64,000 nt of DNA from the IMG/VR virus record IMGVR_UViG_3300020205_000565, positions 1 to 64,000 of that record, one strand, 5' to 3'. The position numbers and the translations under genes are program-made. Source of the DNA: a virus. The notes beneath the pieces are model-generated. The model had not been told where the DNA came from, searched no databases, and was given only the letters and a program-made list of their open reading frames with translations. Of the stretch, positions 46,508 through 57,088 are shown piece by piece; the first letter of the stretch is position 1; each line of letters begins with the position of its first letter.

Positions 46508-49500
46508 TAGCGAGGGGAGTTAAGTAGTTTATTATTAGTCACCTTAAGTAGCATCTTCACATTATCAGATACAGTTCTTATTAACACAACGTGATTAGCG
46601 TAATGTCTAAACTTCTTTCTTTCGAAAGGTGACTTATTTAAGTTAATGTTGTTATTATTTAATGTACGAATATAACCGTTAAGTTCTGTATTCCAAATAG
46701 GTTGTTGTACTAAAATTCCTCCGGCCTGAAATTCTCCACGGTTTCTAGTGAAGTCCCAGAACTGATTGAATCTATACTTTTGTTCTTCCTTAGAGAATAA
46801 AATGTTTATGATGCCTGTTGTTGCATCTATCTGAGGATAGTTTACAATTATCGGGGCATTGTTTTTAGGACTAAGATTTAATCTTAGGTTACCGGAAACT
46901 TGCTCGTTATTATAAACGATAGCTCTATCAAAGTTAAAGTCTAATACCTCGTAACGATCAATACCATCTTGGTCATAAACATAGCATTCAAGTAAGTACT
47001 CTATGCTTCTTGTTGTAGTAACAGTTTGACCAGTAGCAGAAATATAATCTATCTCAAATGGATAGTCTGCCCCATAGTAGTTACAGAACTTAGATGTATT
47101 ATTATAGTGCTTCCAGATCTTACCAATTCCGTTATCGGTCTTAGTAGTAAGGAATCCTTTAATGTTAGATATACCAAGTTCCGGATGCCAGTCGTGGAAG
47201 GATAACCAAGCTTTAATTTTAGGATCAAAGCTTATTGTCCAGGATACGTTATCGAAGTAAATCGGATTTCCTAGTTCGATAGCATTATTACCATAGTAAA
47301 ATTGATCCCCTTTCCGAATAGTAACCACACCAATAAACTCGTCTTTAACTTTATAGTCAGTTTTAGAGAAGTATATAATTTGGTTTTCGTTATCAAACGT
47401 TGTTTGACATCCGATACCCATTATGGGATTTCCTACCAGCGGGAAGTCTGGGAACTGATCTAATAGGAAATAATGTAGGTACTTAGAGAACCACCACTTC
47501 ATTCCTAAGTCTGAGATAGGCTGCATTCCTTCTGCTACTGTAAAGATCTTACCTTGAGAAGCGCTCATCCAGTATACACCGGCCGGAGTATTAATTACTG
47601 ATAGTCTATCCTGGCAAGAGCCATGTTGGAATTCTATATCAGCGTTACTTAAAGTTTGTAACGGTTGGCTAAATAGGCCACCGTCTCCAATAGTAATCTT
47701 TGTACCTGATGTAGTTTGTAAACTATCTACAGCATTAAACATTACCGGGCTAGCTTTCTCTTGAAGAATAATAGCACCGTTTCTATTGATAGATTTAAAT
47801 GCCGTTACCTTACTATCGAAATCATAGTAGTTATTTACTAAGAATATCTGCCAGTAATCTTTCTTGTCCTCCTGACTATTTGGTAAGGAGTAGATTACTC
47901 TATACGGATAATACTGATAGCATGTCTCGGCAACATATGGATCGTAAGATCTATTCTGCATAGATCCCCATGTTATATAATTATTCATCGTACGAGATAC
48001 TCCTAGGGAGATGTCGTAGTTAAAGTAATTACCAAACTTGATTATACTTGTATCAAATAATCCTTTAAGATCTTTAGTACCATAAGGATTGTAGAACTTC
48101 TCTTCTGGTAATTCTCCTTCATCTCTTAAGTCAATATTATATTCAGATTCTACAAAGAAGTCTCTTACTCCAGATTGGAATAAATACATTGTTCCGCGTA
48201 AAACACCTATGATGCCTTTATTTAAGCCTACACCACCTGTATCATCATTTACAGCTTCTGTTGTTTGTGCACCTGCATACTTATCTAGATTATATTTTCC
48301 AGAAGGCATTGCGTCCCTTATATTACCAGCAGATATACCTAGTATCCCGTTTGAAACGTTTTGCATAAACTCACTTGCTGAAAACTTAGTAAAGTCTGCC
48401 CAAAAACGAGGATAGCTTATCATGTACTTGAGCGTATAGTCTATCTCAGTTCCTGCGGGAACATCATATAACCAGTCATAGAAATAGAAGAAAGTATTTT
48501 TCTCTGTATAACGACCTACATACGTATCGCCTCCAAATACAGCTGGGGATTTTATAACTACTACCTGCCCAGCATCAGCTTGAGTAAGTTCCTGGTTGAA
48601 AGACGTTTTAAATCTATTAACACAACCTGTAGTAATTTGATTAGCTGATTCTATTTGACCATACTGATTACGAAGTCTAATTTTAAGAGCTCCATACATA
48701 CAAGATGTTGTAGCAAAGAATTTACCTGATGTTGGATTGGCCGTAGTTATATCTCTGTTTATAACATCGTATGGTGTATTATCTCCCGGATCGCCACCAT
48801 TTATTCCAGCATAAGCTCCTGCGTAAATGCTATTCTGAATAGCGGAACCAACAGTTTGTATAGATCCATCTGTGACAGTTGGCGCAAAAGCATTCTGCAT
48901 GAAGATAGGATTATCTACAATAGAACCATTAAGATTTTTACCTAGATGAATTGCTACGCAGTTAGGTCTAAATAAATTATTAACTTTATAGTTACCTATA
49001 AACTGGAACTGACCTTTTAAGTAAGAAACATCATTAATTAATCTTCGAGTATTACCGCTTCCTTGATACGCTGTTTTAATATTACCCGGCTGCAGTTTAT
49101 GTAGATCAAGATGACTAACAGTACGAAGAACAAAATCTCTATACGGTGCTAGAGCATACATTAAATCAAGTATACTATCTATACCTTGTGACCAGTAGTA
49201 TGCAAAAGTTACAATACTATTTCCGGCTAATACACCTGTTGGAACATATTGATAATCTCCATACGTAAGAGATCTACTTAAAGAAGGTGGTGCTAATCCA
49301 GCTGATGATGTACCCGATGTTGCTGATTGGGCTATTATATAAGCTGCTAATGCTTCATTCTCATCGGCATTAAGAGATGGATTTAATCCACCTAGTGCAG
49401 CAGCAAGTAAATGCACCGATGTCGCTGCAAGCGCGTCAATTCCCGTTATTCCTAAAGCAATAATTGCAGACTGTACTGCTGTAGCAGGAGATGCAACTGC

Positions 49501-51852
49501 GGCATTTACCGGTATAGCCTGATTTGTAATTCTTTGACCACGAACAGCTTTTGCAGCAATACCTAAACCAGCAACAGCTGCTATAATAAAGGCTCTATTT
49601 GTTAATAACTTCTCTCGTGGATGATCGGGCACAGATTCAAACTGACCCTCCATATTATATTTATCTCCTAATTGGCCATATAATTTTAATTCATTTACAG
49701 ATAAAAATGGATACTCTAAATTTGTATCAGGGGAATGAAATGTAAGATACGATGACTCATATGGTACTACATTTGAATTATAACCTAACCAACTAGAAGG
49801 TTTATTCTGCTCACTACCTTGCATGGAATCTAGTGGCACAGCATCATTATAATTTGTTAAGGTAAAGTCGATACCTAAATAATTACCAACGTAGTTAGGA
49901 TAGAGAATCTTATCTCCAGTAGCAATACCAAAGGGTGCTCCACTTCCTGTTGTAGATGCGCCAGCTTCTCTATAAGAACGCATGTTATTAACGGCTCCTT
50001 TTGCTACAACCGTTTTATTTCCTTGTCTTGAAGCACGGAGTATTTCATATCCTACAATACCCGGAATAATATTTCCTTGATTATCTCTAGGAGCTTTTAT
50101 ATTTCCAAATCTAACACCTAGTAAACGAATTGCTTTAGGTTTAGCTGGAGTAAGATTTCCGTTTGTTGCAAGAAAATAATCATCTACACGGATGTGCGTA
50201 GTATTCTGGTTAACATAAAGATCGCCAAACTGACTACCGTTCGAATTTAAAAAATCAGAAGGCATCTTGTGATGTCTTATCTGTTTACCGCATAAATCAT
50301 ATGCTGGATTATTTCCAGAAATTGTAAACAAACTAGGATTAGATGATGCGTCCCATACCTCTGGATTATTATTTGGATACTGCTCAGTTGATTCCCAGTA
50401 ACCCATTTTACCTGATGCTATAATCTGACCAGGAGTTACTGCAGAATTATTTAGCGGTAGCCCTTGTAAGTCTAATGGATAAGCAGTATTAATTACTTCC
50501 CATACTTTTGTTTGGTAGTCATTATCTTGAGCATATTCAATATTGTCTAGATCACTAGGACTATAATTTTGTAATTCCCAGTCAAATGCTTCTCTCCCAG
50601 GTATATGATATGAGCTAGATTTCTTACCATCGTTGTATACAAATCTTATCCAGAATGCATATACTTCATCTCGCATGTAACCAACTGTACTACCACCTTT
50701 ACGGTAATAGTCCCAAGGCTGCTCTACCATAATCCATTCAGTATCAATCTGATTAGCAAATGGTTGGTAGTTAAAGTCAAACTTTTCTGTTGGCGCTACA
50801 CGAATAAGATATCCATTAACATCGTACATTGCCTCAGATTTATCATAGCCCGGAGTACGTAACGGAATGTATTCTAATGGAATAGAAGTTAATGTAGCTG
50901 ATACATAGTCAAAACTTATAGAATGTGTTTGGGTACTATAGAATCCTACTTGAGATGCGACAGTTTGCTGATCAGTAGTATGTACTACAACTAACTGAAA
51001 CTCAGTAAAGTTTTCTGTATCTAAATTAGTAAAGCTTACATCTAAAGAACTACCTGCCGTATTAGGCGAAAACAAAGCTTGTATATTAGACGGAGAAAAA
51101 TAATCAGTAACTCTTTGCTGATTATCTGAGTAAGCAATTACCGCATAGTATGATCCGTTTCGTAATTGACCCCCTGACAAACCCTTACTAACTGTAACAC
51201 AAGGGATTAGCATGCGTTTATTTAAACGTATTTTTTCGCAGTCTAGAGCAAGCGGGATTTGGTTTTGGCATATAGTGCAGTCGGCATTTATTCCGGCCTG
51301 TACATTATCGCAGATATAAGGAACTCCTGGCCAAGGTTCGTTAATATATATATCAGGATAGCTAGCTAGTTCAACCGGGCCAATGTTTAATTTACGACTT
51401 ACATTTAGACCATCGTCCCAATATAGATCCCAACTACAGTCAAATTTAGTTTTAGCATCTCCAATAATTAAGTTCTCCCTATTGAAGTTTAGACACTGAT
51501 CATTTACTATAGGTATATAAGTACAGCTTGGTTCGTGAAATAATCCAATCTCTGAATTAGTATCATCAGTAGAAAAGACTGCAAAGTAATCTTGATAAAT
51601 AGGAATAGTACCTATTATGGTATACGGGGCCTGTGTACAGAACTCGTTTGCTGGCTCATTGCCAAGCAAACCTATATCTCCGGACTTACTATTATTAGCA
51701 GCATTTCGTGCATGATTCCACGTACCCTCAGGAGCATACGTGACATCATAGTCTTTAACCATGCCTTTGTTAAAAGCATTGGTAGTTCCATCAGACGTAT
51801 TAGCCTGAGGTGTGCTATCAGCACTAGCTTGGGATGCTCTTTGTTTAGCCAT
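46507..51852 (-). CDS. Tail stabilisation / muzzle protein (P22 gp10-like, crAss Tstab)
   Basis: 1781 aa, beta-rich; N-terminal FNKGMVKD...WNHARNA, GYMRDEVYAF, FGGDTYV, WTISF...WLSFHDW; lies after the tail ring genes and before the cargo genes. Confidence 0.8.
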   Translation of the reverse strand: MAKQRASQASADSTPQANTSDGTTNAFNKGMVKDYDVTYAPEGTWNHARNAANNSKSGDIGLLGNEPANEFCTQAPYTIIGTIPIYQDYFAVFSTDDTNSEIGLFHEPSCTYIPIVNDQCLNFNRENLIIGDAKTKFDCSWDLYWDDGLNVSRKLNIGPVELASYPDIYINEPWPGVPYICDNVQAGINADCTICQNQIPLALDCEKIRLNKRMLIPCVTVSKGLSGGQLRNGSYYAVIAYSDNQQRVTDYFSPSNIQALFSPNTAGSSLDVSFTNLDTENFTEFQLVVVHTTDQQTVASQVGFYSTQTHSISFDYVSATLTSIPLEYIPLRTPGYDKSEAMYDVNGYLIRVAPTEKFDFNYQPFANQIDTEWIMVEQPWDYYRKGGSTVGYMRDEVYAFWIRFVYNDGKKSSSYHIPGREAFDWELQNYSPSDLDNIEYAQDNDYQTKVWEVINTAYPLDLQGLPLNNSAVTPGQIIASGKMGYWESTEQYPNNNPEVWDASSNPSLFTISGNNPAYDLCGKQIRHHKMPSDFLNSNGSQFGDLYVNQNTTHIRVDDYFLATNGNLTPAKPKAIRLLGVRFGNIKAPRDNQGNIIPGIVGYEILRASRQGNKTVVAKGAVNNMRSYREAGASTTGSGAPFGIATGDKILYPNYVGNYLGIDFTLTNYNDAVPLDSMQGSEQNKPSSWLGYNSNVVPYESSYLTFHSPDTNLEYPFLSVNELKLYGQLGDKYNMEGQFESVPDHPREKLLTNRAFIIAAVAGLGIAAKAVRGQRITNQAIPVNAAVASPATAVQSAIIALGITGIDALAATSVHLLAAALGGLNPSLNADENEALAAYIIAQSATSGTSSAGLAPPSLSRSLTYGDYQYVPTGVLAGNSIVTFAYYWSQGIDSILDLMYALAPYRDFVLRTVSHLDLHKLQPGNIKTAYQGSGNTRRLINDVSYLKGQFQFIGNYKVNNLFRPNCVAIHLGKNLNGSIVDNPIFMQNAFAPTVTDGSIQTVGSAIQNSIYAGAYAGINGGDPGDNTPYDVINRDITTANPTSGKFFATTSCMYGALKIRLRNQYGQIESANQITTGCVNRFKTSFNQELTQADAGQVVVIKSPAVFGGDTYVGRYTEKNTFFYFYDWLYDVPAGTEIDYTLKYMISYPRFWADFTKFSASEFMQNVSNGILGISAGNIRDAMPSGKYNLDKYAGAQTTEAVNDDTGGVGLNKGIIGVLRGTMYLFQSGVRDFFVESEYNIDLRDEGELPEEKFYNPYGTKDLKGLFDTSIIKFGNYFNYDISLGVSRTMNNYITWGSMQNRSYDPYVAETCYQYYPYRVIYSLPNSQEDKKDYWQIFLVNNYYDFDSKVTAFKSINRNGAIILQEKASPVMFNAVDSLQTTSGTKITIGDGGLFSQPLQTLSNADIEFQHGSCQDRLSVINTPAGVYWMSASQGKIFTVAEGMQPISDLGMKWWFSKYLHYFLLDQFPDFPLVGNPIMGIGCQTTFDNENQIIYFSKTDYKVKDEFIGVVTIRKGDQFYYGNNAIELGNPIYFDNVSWTISFDPKIKAWLSFHDWHPELGISNIKGFLTTKTDNGIGKIWKHYNNTSKFCNYYGADYPFEIDYISATGQTVTTTRSIEYLLECYVYDQDGIDRYEVLDFNFDRAIVYNNEQVSGNLRLNLSPKNNAPIIVNYPQIDATTGIINILFSKEEQKYRFNQFWDFTRNRGEFQAGGILVQQPIWNTELNGYIRTLNNNNINLNKSPFERKKFRHYANHVVLIRTVSDNVKMLLKVTNNKLLNSPR

Positions 51853-51854
51853 GA

Positions 51855-52808
51855 TTAAACACCGTTATTTACTCTTAGGTTACTCATTGGACTAGGATAT
51901 GACTTAAACATATCATAGTACTTACCATACATTGCTTTACGGTTCATAGTCCATACTTTCTCCATCTCAGAGAAGTTAGGAGTATTAACTACTGTAAGTG
52001 CATTGTTTCTTGCTGCACGATATTCTTGTGCAACTAGCTGAACTTGATTTGTTACGTTTACCCCATCCATTACCAAGTTCTCTAGAATACGTTTCTTTAA
52101 TCCATATTCGTAATACTCGTTAAGATAAGGATGATCAGGAACCATTAAGTGCCCTTCAGCATCCTCTAAAGTTCCCTGGTAGTTTATATAAATTTTAGCT
52201 TCATCAGTACAGTGATTAGTACCATCATTATTTCTACGGTCATGATTATTATGCGTATTAAGATAAAGCCAACCGTCTTTAATATAAGCTTCATCCCTTG
52301 CCATAGATTGAAGATTCGGACAATCGCAATCTATAAATTGTGAGTTTCTAAATCTAATTGGGGCAAATGTTTTATAAGTTCTCGTTTGATTATTAATTAC
52401 TTGAATCAACTGGTATTCAGTTCCGCACTGTGTTAGACATACAGGTTGAGATGGTAAGGATACATCTGAACAATAGTTAGCCTCTACCCACGGTCTCCAT
52501 TTTGGAGTAACATCTTGAATATTAGTACCTTGCGGCATTGACACATCCTCTGTGTATTCTCCGCATATCAATGCGAAGTTCATTACATAGAAGTCATCTG
52601 GTAAGCGTACGCGACCCTTTTCTACGTATAATAATCTTTCTTTAGTCATGTATATACGTAGGCCAAGATCATAATTAATACGTGTAGCTACTTTGAGTAG
52701 CTGCGAAGGATCTACGCTTCCGTCGGTAACTAAACTTTTTAAATCAAGCTTGACATCTTCAAGTAGTGATTCAAAAGTTCTATATTTAAGAGTGTAATTA
52801 TAGTTCAT
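51855..52808 (-). CDS. Tail tubular / ring protein (crAss Ttub-like)
   Basis: 317 aa; helix-beta-helix layout with YIKDGWLYLN and IYINYQG...MVPD; immediately upstream of the muzzle gene. Confidence 0.7.
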   Translation of the reverse strand: MNYNYTLKYRTFESLLEDVKLDLKSLVTDGSVDPSQLLKVATRINYDLGLRIYMTKERLLYVEKGRVRLPDDFYVMNFALICGEYTEDVSMPQGTNIQDVTPKWRPWVEANYCSDVSLPSQPVCLTQCGTEYQLIQVINNQTRTYKTFAPIRFRNSQFIDCDCPNLQSMARDEAYIKDGWLYLNTHNNHDRRNNDGTNHCTDEAKIYINYQGTLEDAEGHLMVPDHPYLNEYYEYGLKKRILENLVMDGVNVTNQVQLVAQEYRAARNNALTVVNTPNFSEMEKVWTMNRKAMYGKYYDMFKSYPSPMSNLRVNNGV

Positions 52809-53473
52809 GATCTATATACGGATTGTTTATCTGAAATAAATTGGTCTTGAGGTATTTGAGCAGACTTCATGAAGTCAGCAACTACCTGCTGCTCTATCTC
52901 TGCAAAAAGTTCAGGTGGTACCCCTAATAATTCTTGTTGACGCTGCATGCATGGATCTTCACAACTAAAGCCCATAACTCCAGCATCAAAGATTCCTTCT
53001 ACGGATAATCCTTCCCATTCAACATTTGGAATATAGATATAGTTATCCATAAGCCAGAAGTAGGTATTCTTATTATATCTAAAAGCGGATGTCTTACTCA
53101 TGCTATTATATAACGTAGGAGTTGTCCGATAGGCTTCTGTAAAGCCGTCCATAGAAGTTACAGTACGTAGCAATGGACCCTGAGGTCCTTCCATTATATT
53201 TGGTATTCTAGTTTGTGTACGTTTAATTGTACAACCTGATTTAGGCTCACAGCAGGCTTCTACTTTATCTACGTCTATTAGTGGTATGCAGGGTAGACGT
53301 TTAAACATACTAGAGAACTTTGTTCCTGTTCCCTGGTTACTTTGACGTTTAATATACATCCCAGCGTATTTCATTATAAGACTATAGATAACACGGTCTG
53401 TGATAAAGTCATCCATGTCTACAGCCTTAATAATGTTTCTAACACGAGATACTGCTTCTCCTACTGTTTTCAT
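52805..53473 (-). CDS. Tail ring / adaptor protein
   Basis: 222 aa; N-terminal helical hairpin (VSRVRNIIK...DDFITDRVIYSLI), PCIPLIDVD, NYIYI, VEGIFD; ATGA overlap with the next gene. Confidence 0.65.
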   Translation of the reverse strand: MKTVGEAVSRVRNIIKAVDMDDFITDRVIYSLIMKYAGMYIKRQSNQGTGTKFSSMFKRLPCIPLIDVDKVEACCEPKSGCTIKRTQTRIPNIMEGPQGPLLRTVTSMDGFTEAYRTTPTLYNSMSKTSAFRYNKNTYFWLMDNYIYIPNVEWEGLSVEGIFDAGVMGFSCEDPCMQRQQELLGVPPELFAEIEQQVVADFMKSAQIPQDQFISDKQSVYRS

Positions 53474-53475
53474 AA

Positions 53476-54063
53476 TTAATCTTTTAGATCAAATTCGTTA
53501 TATTCTATTAACTTCTCTTTTGTTTGTCTAGCTATTCGATTCTTCATGCAGGCTTTATCAAATAGTTTTGATACAGTAAACATCTTATCTATTACTATAA
53601 ACTTCTTCCAGTTGTCCCGGAACTCTTTAGTAACAGCTCGTTTAAAATATCTGTTAGCAGTAAATCCCCATAGAACCCTGTCTCGTAGTTTGTATCGAGA
53701 CTGATAGTTGCTGTAGAATATCTTACTAATGTAACCATCTGTATCCCAGTTCTTATGAGTAACCTTAACGCCATACTTAATGGACTTACCATAATCTATA
53801 TTTTCTTTAATAGGTTGCTGACAAGCTCCAATAAAAAGGTAACCTAGATTCTCTGGTAACTCTATACCGTCTCTGTTTTCAATCGTTTCTCTCCAAAGCT
53901 TTTCGTTAAAAGCCTTTACTATTTTTTTAGTTAACGCTAGGTCAACATCTTTGTGTTCTGGATACTTAGCTTTAAAGTCTTTAATATACTGTTTAGTAAT
54001 TAACTTAACTTTTGGGGCTCTATATCTCGGGGCATTTAAGTTTGGTTTTTTGAAGTTCTGCAT
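53476..54063 (-). CDS. HU/IHF-like protein of the crAss tail module
   Basis: 195 aa, basic; KKIVKAFNEKL...IELPENLGYLFI and FTANRYFKRAV fit an extended HU/IHF fold; syntenic with the ring and muzzle genes. Confidence 0.65.
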   Translation of the reverse strand: MQNFKKPNLNAPRYRAPKVKLITKQYIKDFKAKYPEHKDVDLALTKKIVKAFNEKLWRETIENRDGIELPENLGYLFIGACQQPIKENIDYGKSIKYGVKVTHKNWDTDGYISKIFYSNYQSRYKLRDRVLWGFTANRYFKRAVTKEFRDNWKKFIVIDKMFTVSKLFDKACMKNRIARQTKEKLIEYNEFDLKD

Positions 54064-54072
54064 ACGCCTTAG

Positions 54073-54086
54073 TACAATTTACGAAA
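54073..54086 (-). promoter_or_regulatory. Putative late promoter element TTTCGTAAATTGTA
   Basis: Member of a repeated intergenic motif (TTTnGTAnnTTATA) just upstream of start codons; follows a terminator. Confidence 0.5.
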
Positions 54087-54137
54087 TTTATTCTAGCTTT
54101 AAAAGTAATACATCATTGAATACTAAACAAATATAGT

Positions 54138-54170
54138 GAAAAACCCCCAAGCCATTGCCTGAGGGTCTCT
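54138..54170 (-). terminator. Rho-independent terminator after the FN3 gene
   Basis: Minus strand ACCCTCAGGC-AATG-GCTTGGGGGT hairpin (with GU pairs) followed by TTTT. Confidence 0.75.
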
Positions 54171-54203
54171 CTTGTTTAGTCACGCTAAACCAACAAACGT
54201 GGA

Positions 54204-54770
54204 CTATAATGCCGGTAGTGTCTTTATAATTATAATAGCGCTGGTAGAACTTGCTGCGTCATCTATACAATTTGTTCTTACTTGAAAATAATAATTAGTA
54301 TTAGGAGTTAGCAAAGTAAGCGTATAACTATTCGTAGTTAAGTTAGCCGTAGACGTCCATACCCCGGGGATAGTTCCGTAATCTACATTATAATAATCAG
54401 CTCCAGTAAGTTCCCACGTAAGTATAATTGTAGTTGTACCTACATAAGTAGGATGTACATTAATAGGGGGAAGACAGTCAGTATCCCAGCTTTGTACAGA
54501 CATGGCCTGATAAGCGTTCTCTAGAGATGCTCCTGCAGGTAATGCTGGATAGTAACCATTATCTGAAATAGTATTACCAAACTGATATATAGAATATAGA
54601 GAACTATGTTTTACACAAGTATCCTGGATAGTTTCATAACACGGAGTTGGATCCGGGCAAGTTATATCTGGAGGACATGTGAAAACAGCAGCAGTTGTAA
54701 GGGGTAAATCCTTACAACCGCATAAGTTAGTTGATGATACTGTATTAGAACCGCAAGTTGTGCAAGCCAT
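54204..54770 (-). CDS. Cys-rich protein with C-terminal fibronectin type III domain (fibre/decoration)
   Basis: 188 aa; CTTC, CGC and CP repeats; FN3 pattern ILTW...YNVDY...LTLLTPNTNYYFQVRTNC. Confidence 0.7.
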   Translation of the reverse strand: MACTTCGSNTVSSTNLCGCKDLPLTTAAVFTCPPDITCPDPTPCYETIQDTCVKHSSLYSIYQFGNTISDNGYYPALPAGASLENAYQAMSVQSWDTDCLPPINVHPTYVGTTTIILTWELTGADYYNVDYGTIPGVWTSTANLTTNSYTLTLLTPNTNYYFQVRTNCIDDAASSTSAIIIIKTLPAL

Positions 54771-54782
54771 ATTTTTAGTTTA

Positions 54783-56258
54783 TTAAGCCGTCTCTACTGA
54801 TTGATAATCACAATCCTTAATGATACCGCCTACGATTACTCTTACTCTAACATTATAGGTAGTACTTGGTGTAAGCCCCGTTAACGTTCCAGTTATGGCA
54901 CCAGATGCAGGATTTACAATAGTAGCTGTTGTTACTACAGCAGTTATACCGTTGTTCCAACATTCTACTATGTAAGTTACACCTGCACTAATAGGGTTAG
55001 TAAAGCTAAAATCTATATAGTCCCAAGGCGACCCTACAGCGTAGCTCATAGCGGGGCAAGTATCAAAGTTCTCTACTCCTACAGTTAAACATTTGTTACA
55101 TGTAAGGTCTCCGTCAGAAGCACATACATCTAATTTAACTGTATAGTCTGTATACAAGTTTAATAACGATACTGATAGATCAATAAGTTGCGTAGCTCCA
55201 CCAAGGTTAGGTATAACCGATACCTGTGTTGTATATGTTAGGCCGAAGGCATCTGTAATAGTAACAAACATACCTCCCGCAAAACAGTCTACAAATGATC
55301 CAGCAGATCCTGTAAATGCTAGCTCTATATTAGGAGTAGAAAACTGAGCATCCATTATTATTTGAACATCGTCACAAGTAGTATTGCAACAGTTTGTAAC
55401 TATGTTTTGTACAGCAGATCGCATATCACATACAGTAACCCATAGGTTATTTACAGCTGCTGCCATAGTATTTACATCTCCCGCGTTGAGCCAACCTGGT
55501 AAACCAGCCATAGAAATGGTAGGATTACTTAAGGTAGGTGAAGTATCAAGATTAATACACTGTTGTCCAATTGCTGAAGTAATTTCTCCAGGATTTCCAG
55601 TAGCGGTTCGTAAATCACAAAATGCTGCCTCAAGCTCTTCTACAAAATCTACTATAGGAATATTTGTAGCGCCTGTTATACATACACTAGACGGTACAAT
55701 TATCTGATCTTTTATAGACTTAACTAAACCTCCCGCTGGAAATACAACTTGAGATATAGAGTCAATTTCTTTAGTATGTAAAGTAAGAGTTTTATTTATA
55801 GTTACTGTGCCATCTATAATTCCACAAATAGTGTTTCCGATTAATGTAGCAAAGTCAGTAACTGAAAGTTGAACAACCATATCCCCTAAAGGATTAGGAA
55901 ATTGCAAACATTCAGGAACTGGTACTAAGCAAGCTAATGTTGCAGCACAGTCCGCTGGTGAATTAGTGGACGGAGTACTTTGCATAGCACAAAGCTGATC
56001 CAAAATGAATTGGATAATATCCTTAACACTTGTTGGCACAGGTGAGATAGGAGGGAAACAACTTACGTCAAATCCGGATACTTTTAATTCATCAAGAAGT
56101 GTACATAGTTCCGTTGCAACTTTATAAGTTACATCGGAAATACTATCTCCTTTGCATAAGTTAATGCAAGAGATATCTGGACCTTGCCAGATAACACAGT
56201 TACTTGATAACGGTGTACAGCCTCTTTGTGTATTCGTAGGTTCTAGTGGAAGTGCCAT
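54783..56258 (-). CDS. Cys-rich fibre-like protein with C-terminal FN3 domain
   Basis: 491 aa; CTPLSSNCVIWQGPDISC start, short coiled-coil segments ending in LC/IC/FC, C-terminal LTGLTPSTTYNVRVR. Confidence 0.7.
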   Translation of the reverse strand: MALPLEPTNTQRGCTPLSSNCVIWQGPDISCINLCKGDSISDVTYKVATELCTLLDELKVSGFDVSCFPPISPVPTSVKDIIQFILDQLCAMQSTPSTNSPADCAATLACLVPVPECLQFPNPLGDMVVQLSVTDFATLIGNTICGIIDGTVTINKTLTLHTKEIDSISQVVFPAGGLVKSIKDQIIVPSSVCITGATNIPIVDFVEELEAAFCDLRTATGNPGEITSAIGQQCINLDTSPTLSNPTISMAGLPGWLNAGDVNTMAAAVNNLWVTVCDMRSAVQNIVTNCCNTTCDDVQIIMDAQFSTPNIELAFTGSAGSFVDCFAGGMFVTITDAFGLTYTTQVSVIPNLGGATQLIDLSVSLLNLYTDYTVKLDVCASDGDLTCNKCLTVGVENFDTCPAMSYAVGSPWDYIDFSFTNPISAGVTYIVECWNNGITAVVTTATIVNPASGAITGTLTGLTPSTTYNVRVRVIVGGIIKDCDYQSVETA

Positions 56259-56261
56259 ATA

Positions 56262-56275
56262 TATAATTTACAAAA
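56262..56275 (-). promoter_or_regulatory. Putative late promoter element TTTTGTAAATTATA
   Basis: Same motif as at 54073 and 30873; ends 3 nt before the ATG. Confidence 0.45.
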
Positions 56276-56286
56276 TTTTTATCTAA

Positions 56287-57087
56287 TTAACTAGGTTCTG
56301 GACAAATAATTGGGATTACGGCAACCGGTATCGTACAAGCATTTGGATCTGTCATTACAGAATAATCGGATTGCTCTTTCTTAATCCATAGTTTATCTAA
56401 GTCTATAGTATCGCAACAGTTACCATATCCGTTTTTAAGGCCAAGGAATAACTTATAGTATCCGTTAGCAAATTTGATATTAGCATTGATGTCGCATTCT
56501 CCTTGAGTAACCTGATAAAATAATCTAGGGGACTTAGGGATTGTTTCAGAATAAGGTAATGGTAATGTGTCAGGCGAGCTTCCGGGTACTGGAAAAGGAT
56601 CTGGTGGTGGGGGATAAGGTCCTCCCAAACAACAAGGACAGTCCTCAAATGAATTTAAGAATGTTACTGTCTCAGTAGATGCAACTACCGAAATACTTAC
56701 TTCCCAACAACCGGGGTACTCCGAAATGGTTATAACTGATCCATCATAGCTAACATCAATCCCATCAACATTTAATATTGTACCGTCTTGACAATTAGTT
56801 AATTCAATACTTGATACCGGACAACCCGCTGCTCCAAAAGTAGCTAAAGCAACATCTGTAACAATAGCTCCTACTTGACAGTTTGCTGCATAATCTCCGC
56901 AAGTACCACTGCAACATACGCTATCTATCAGCCAGGTTCCTGGTAATAGTGGATCAGTCGTACTAAAGTTATTACCAACTTCGGCATCCCATATAGTATA
57001 CGTTGGAGATCCTTCTAGACCAATATTAAGCCATACTATAGTTCCAGTTTCACAGTTTACTATTTTTAAACAGCAGATTATAATCAT
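56287..57087 (-). CDS. Cys-rich structural protein
   Basis: 266 aa; repeats LKIVNCETG and IELTNCQDG...YPGCWEV...FEDCPCC shared with the C-terminus of the 938-aa protein; Pro-rich linker. Confidence 0.65.
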   Translation of the reverse strand: MIIICCLKIVNCETGTIVWLNIGLEGSPTYTIWDAEVGNNFSTTDPLLPGTWLIDSVCCSGTCGDYAANCQVGAIVTDVALATFGAAGCPVSSIELTNCQDGTILNVDGIDVSYDGSVITISEYPGCWEVSISVVASTETVTFLNSFEDCPCCLGGPYPPPPDPFPVPGSSPDTLPLPYSETIPKSPRLFYQVTQGECDINANIKFANGYYKLFLGLKNGYGNCCDTIDLDKLWIKKEQSDYSVMTDPNACTIPVAVIPIICPEPS

Positions 57088-57088
57088 A

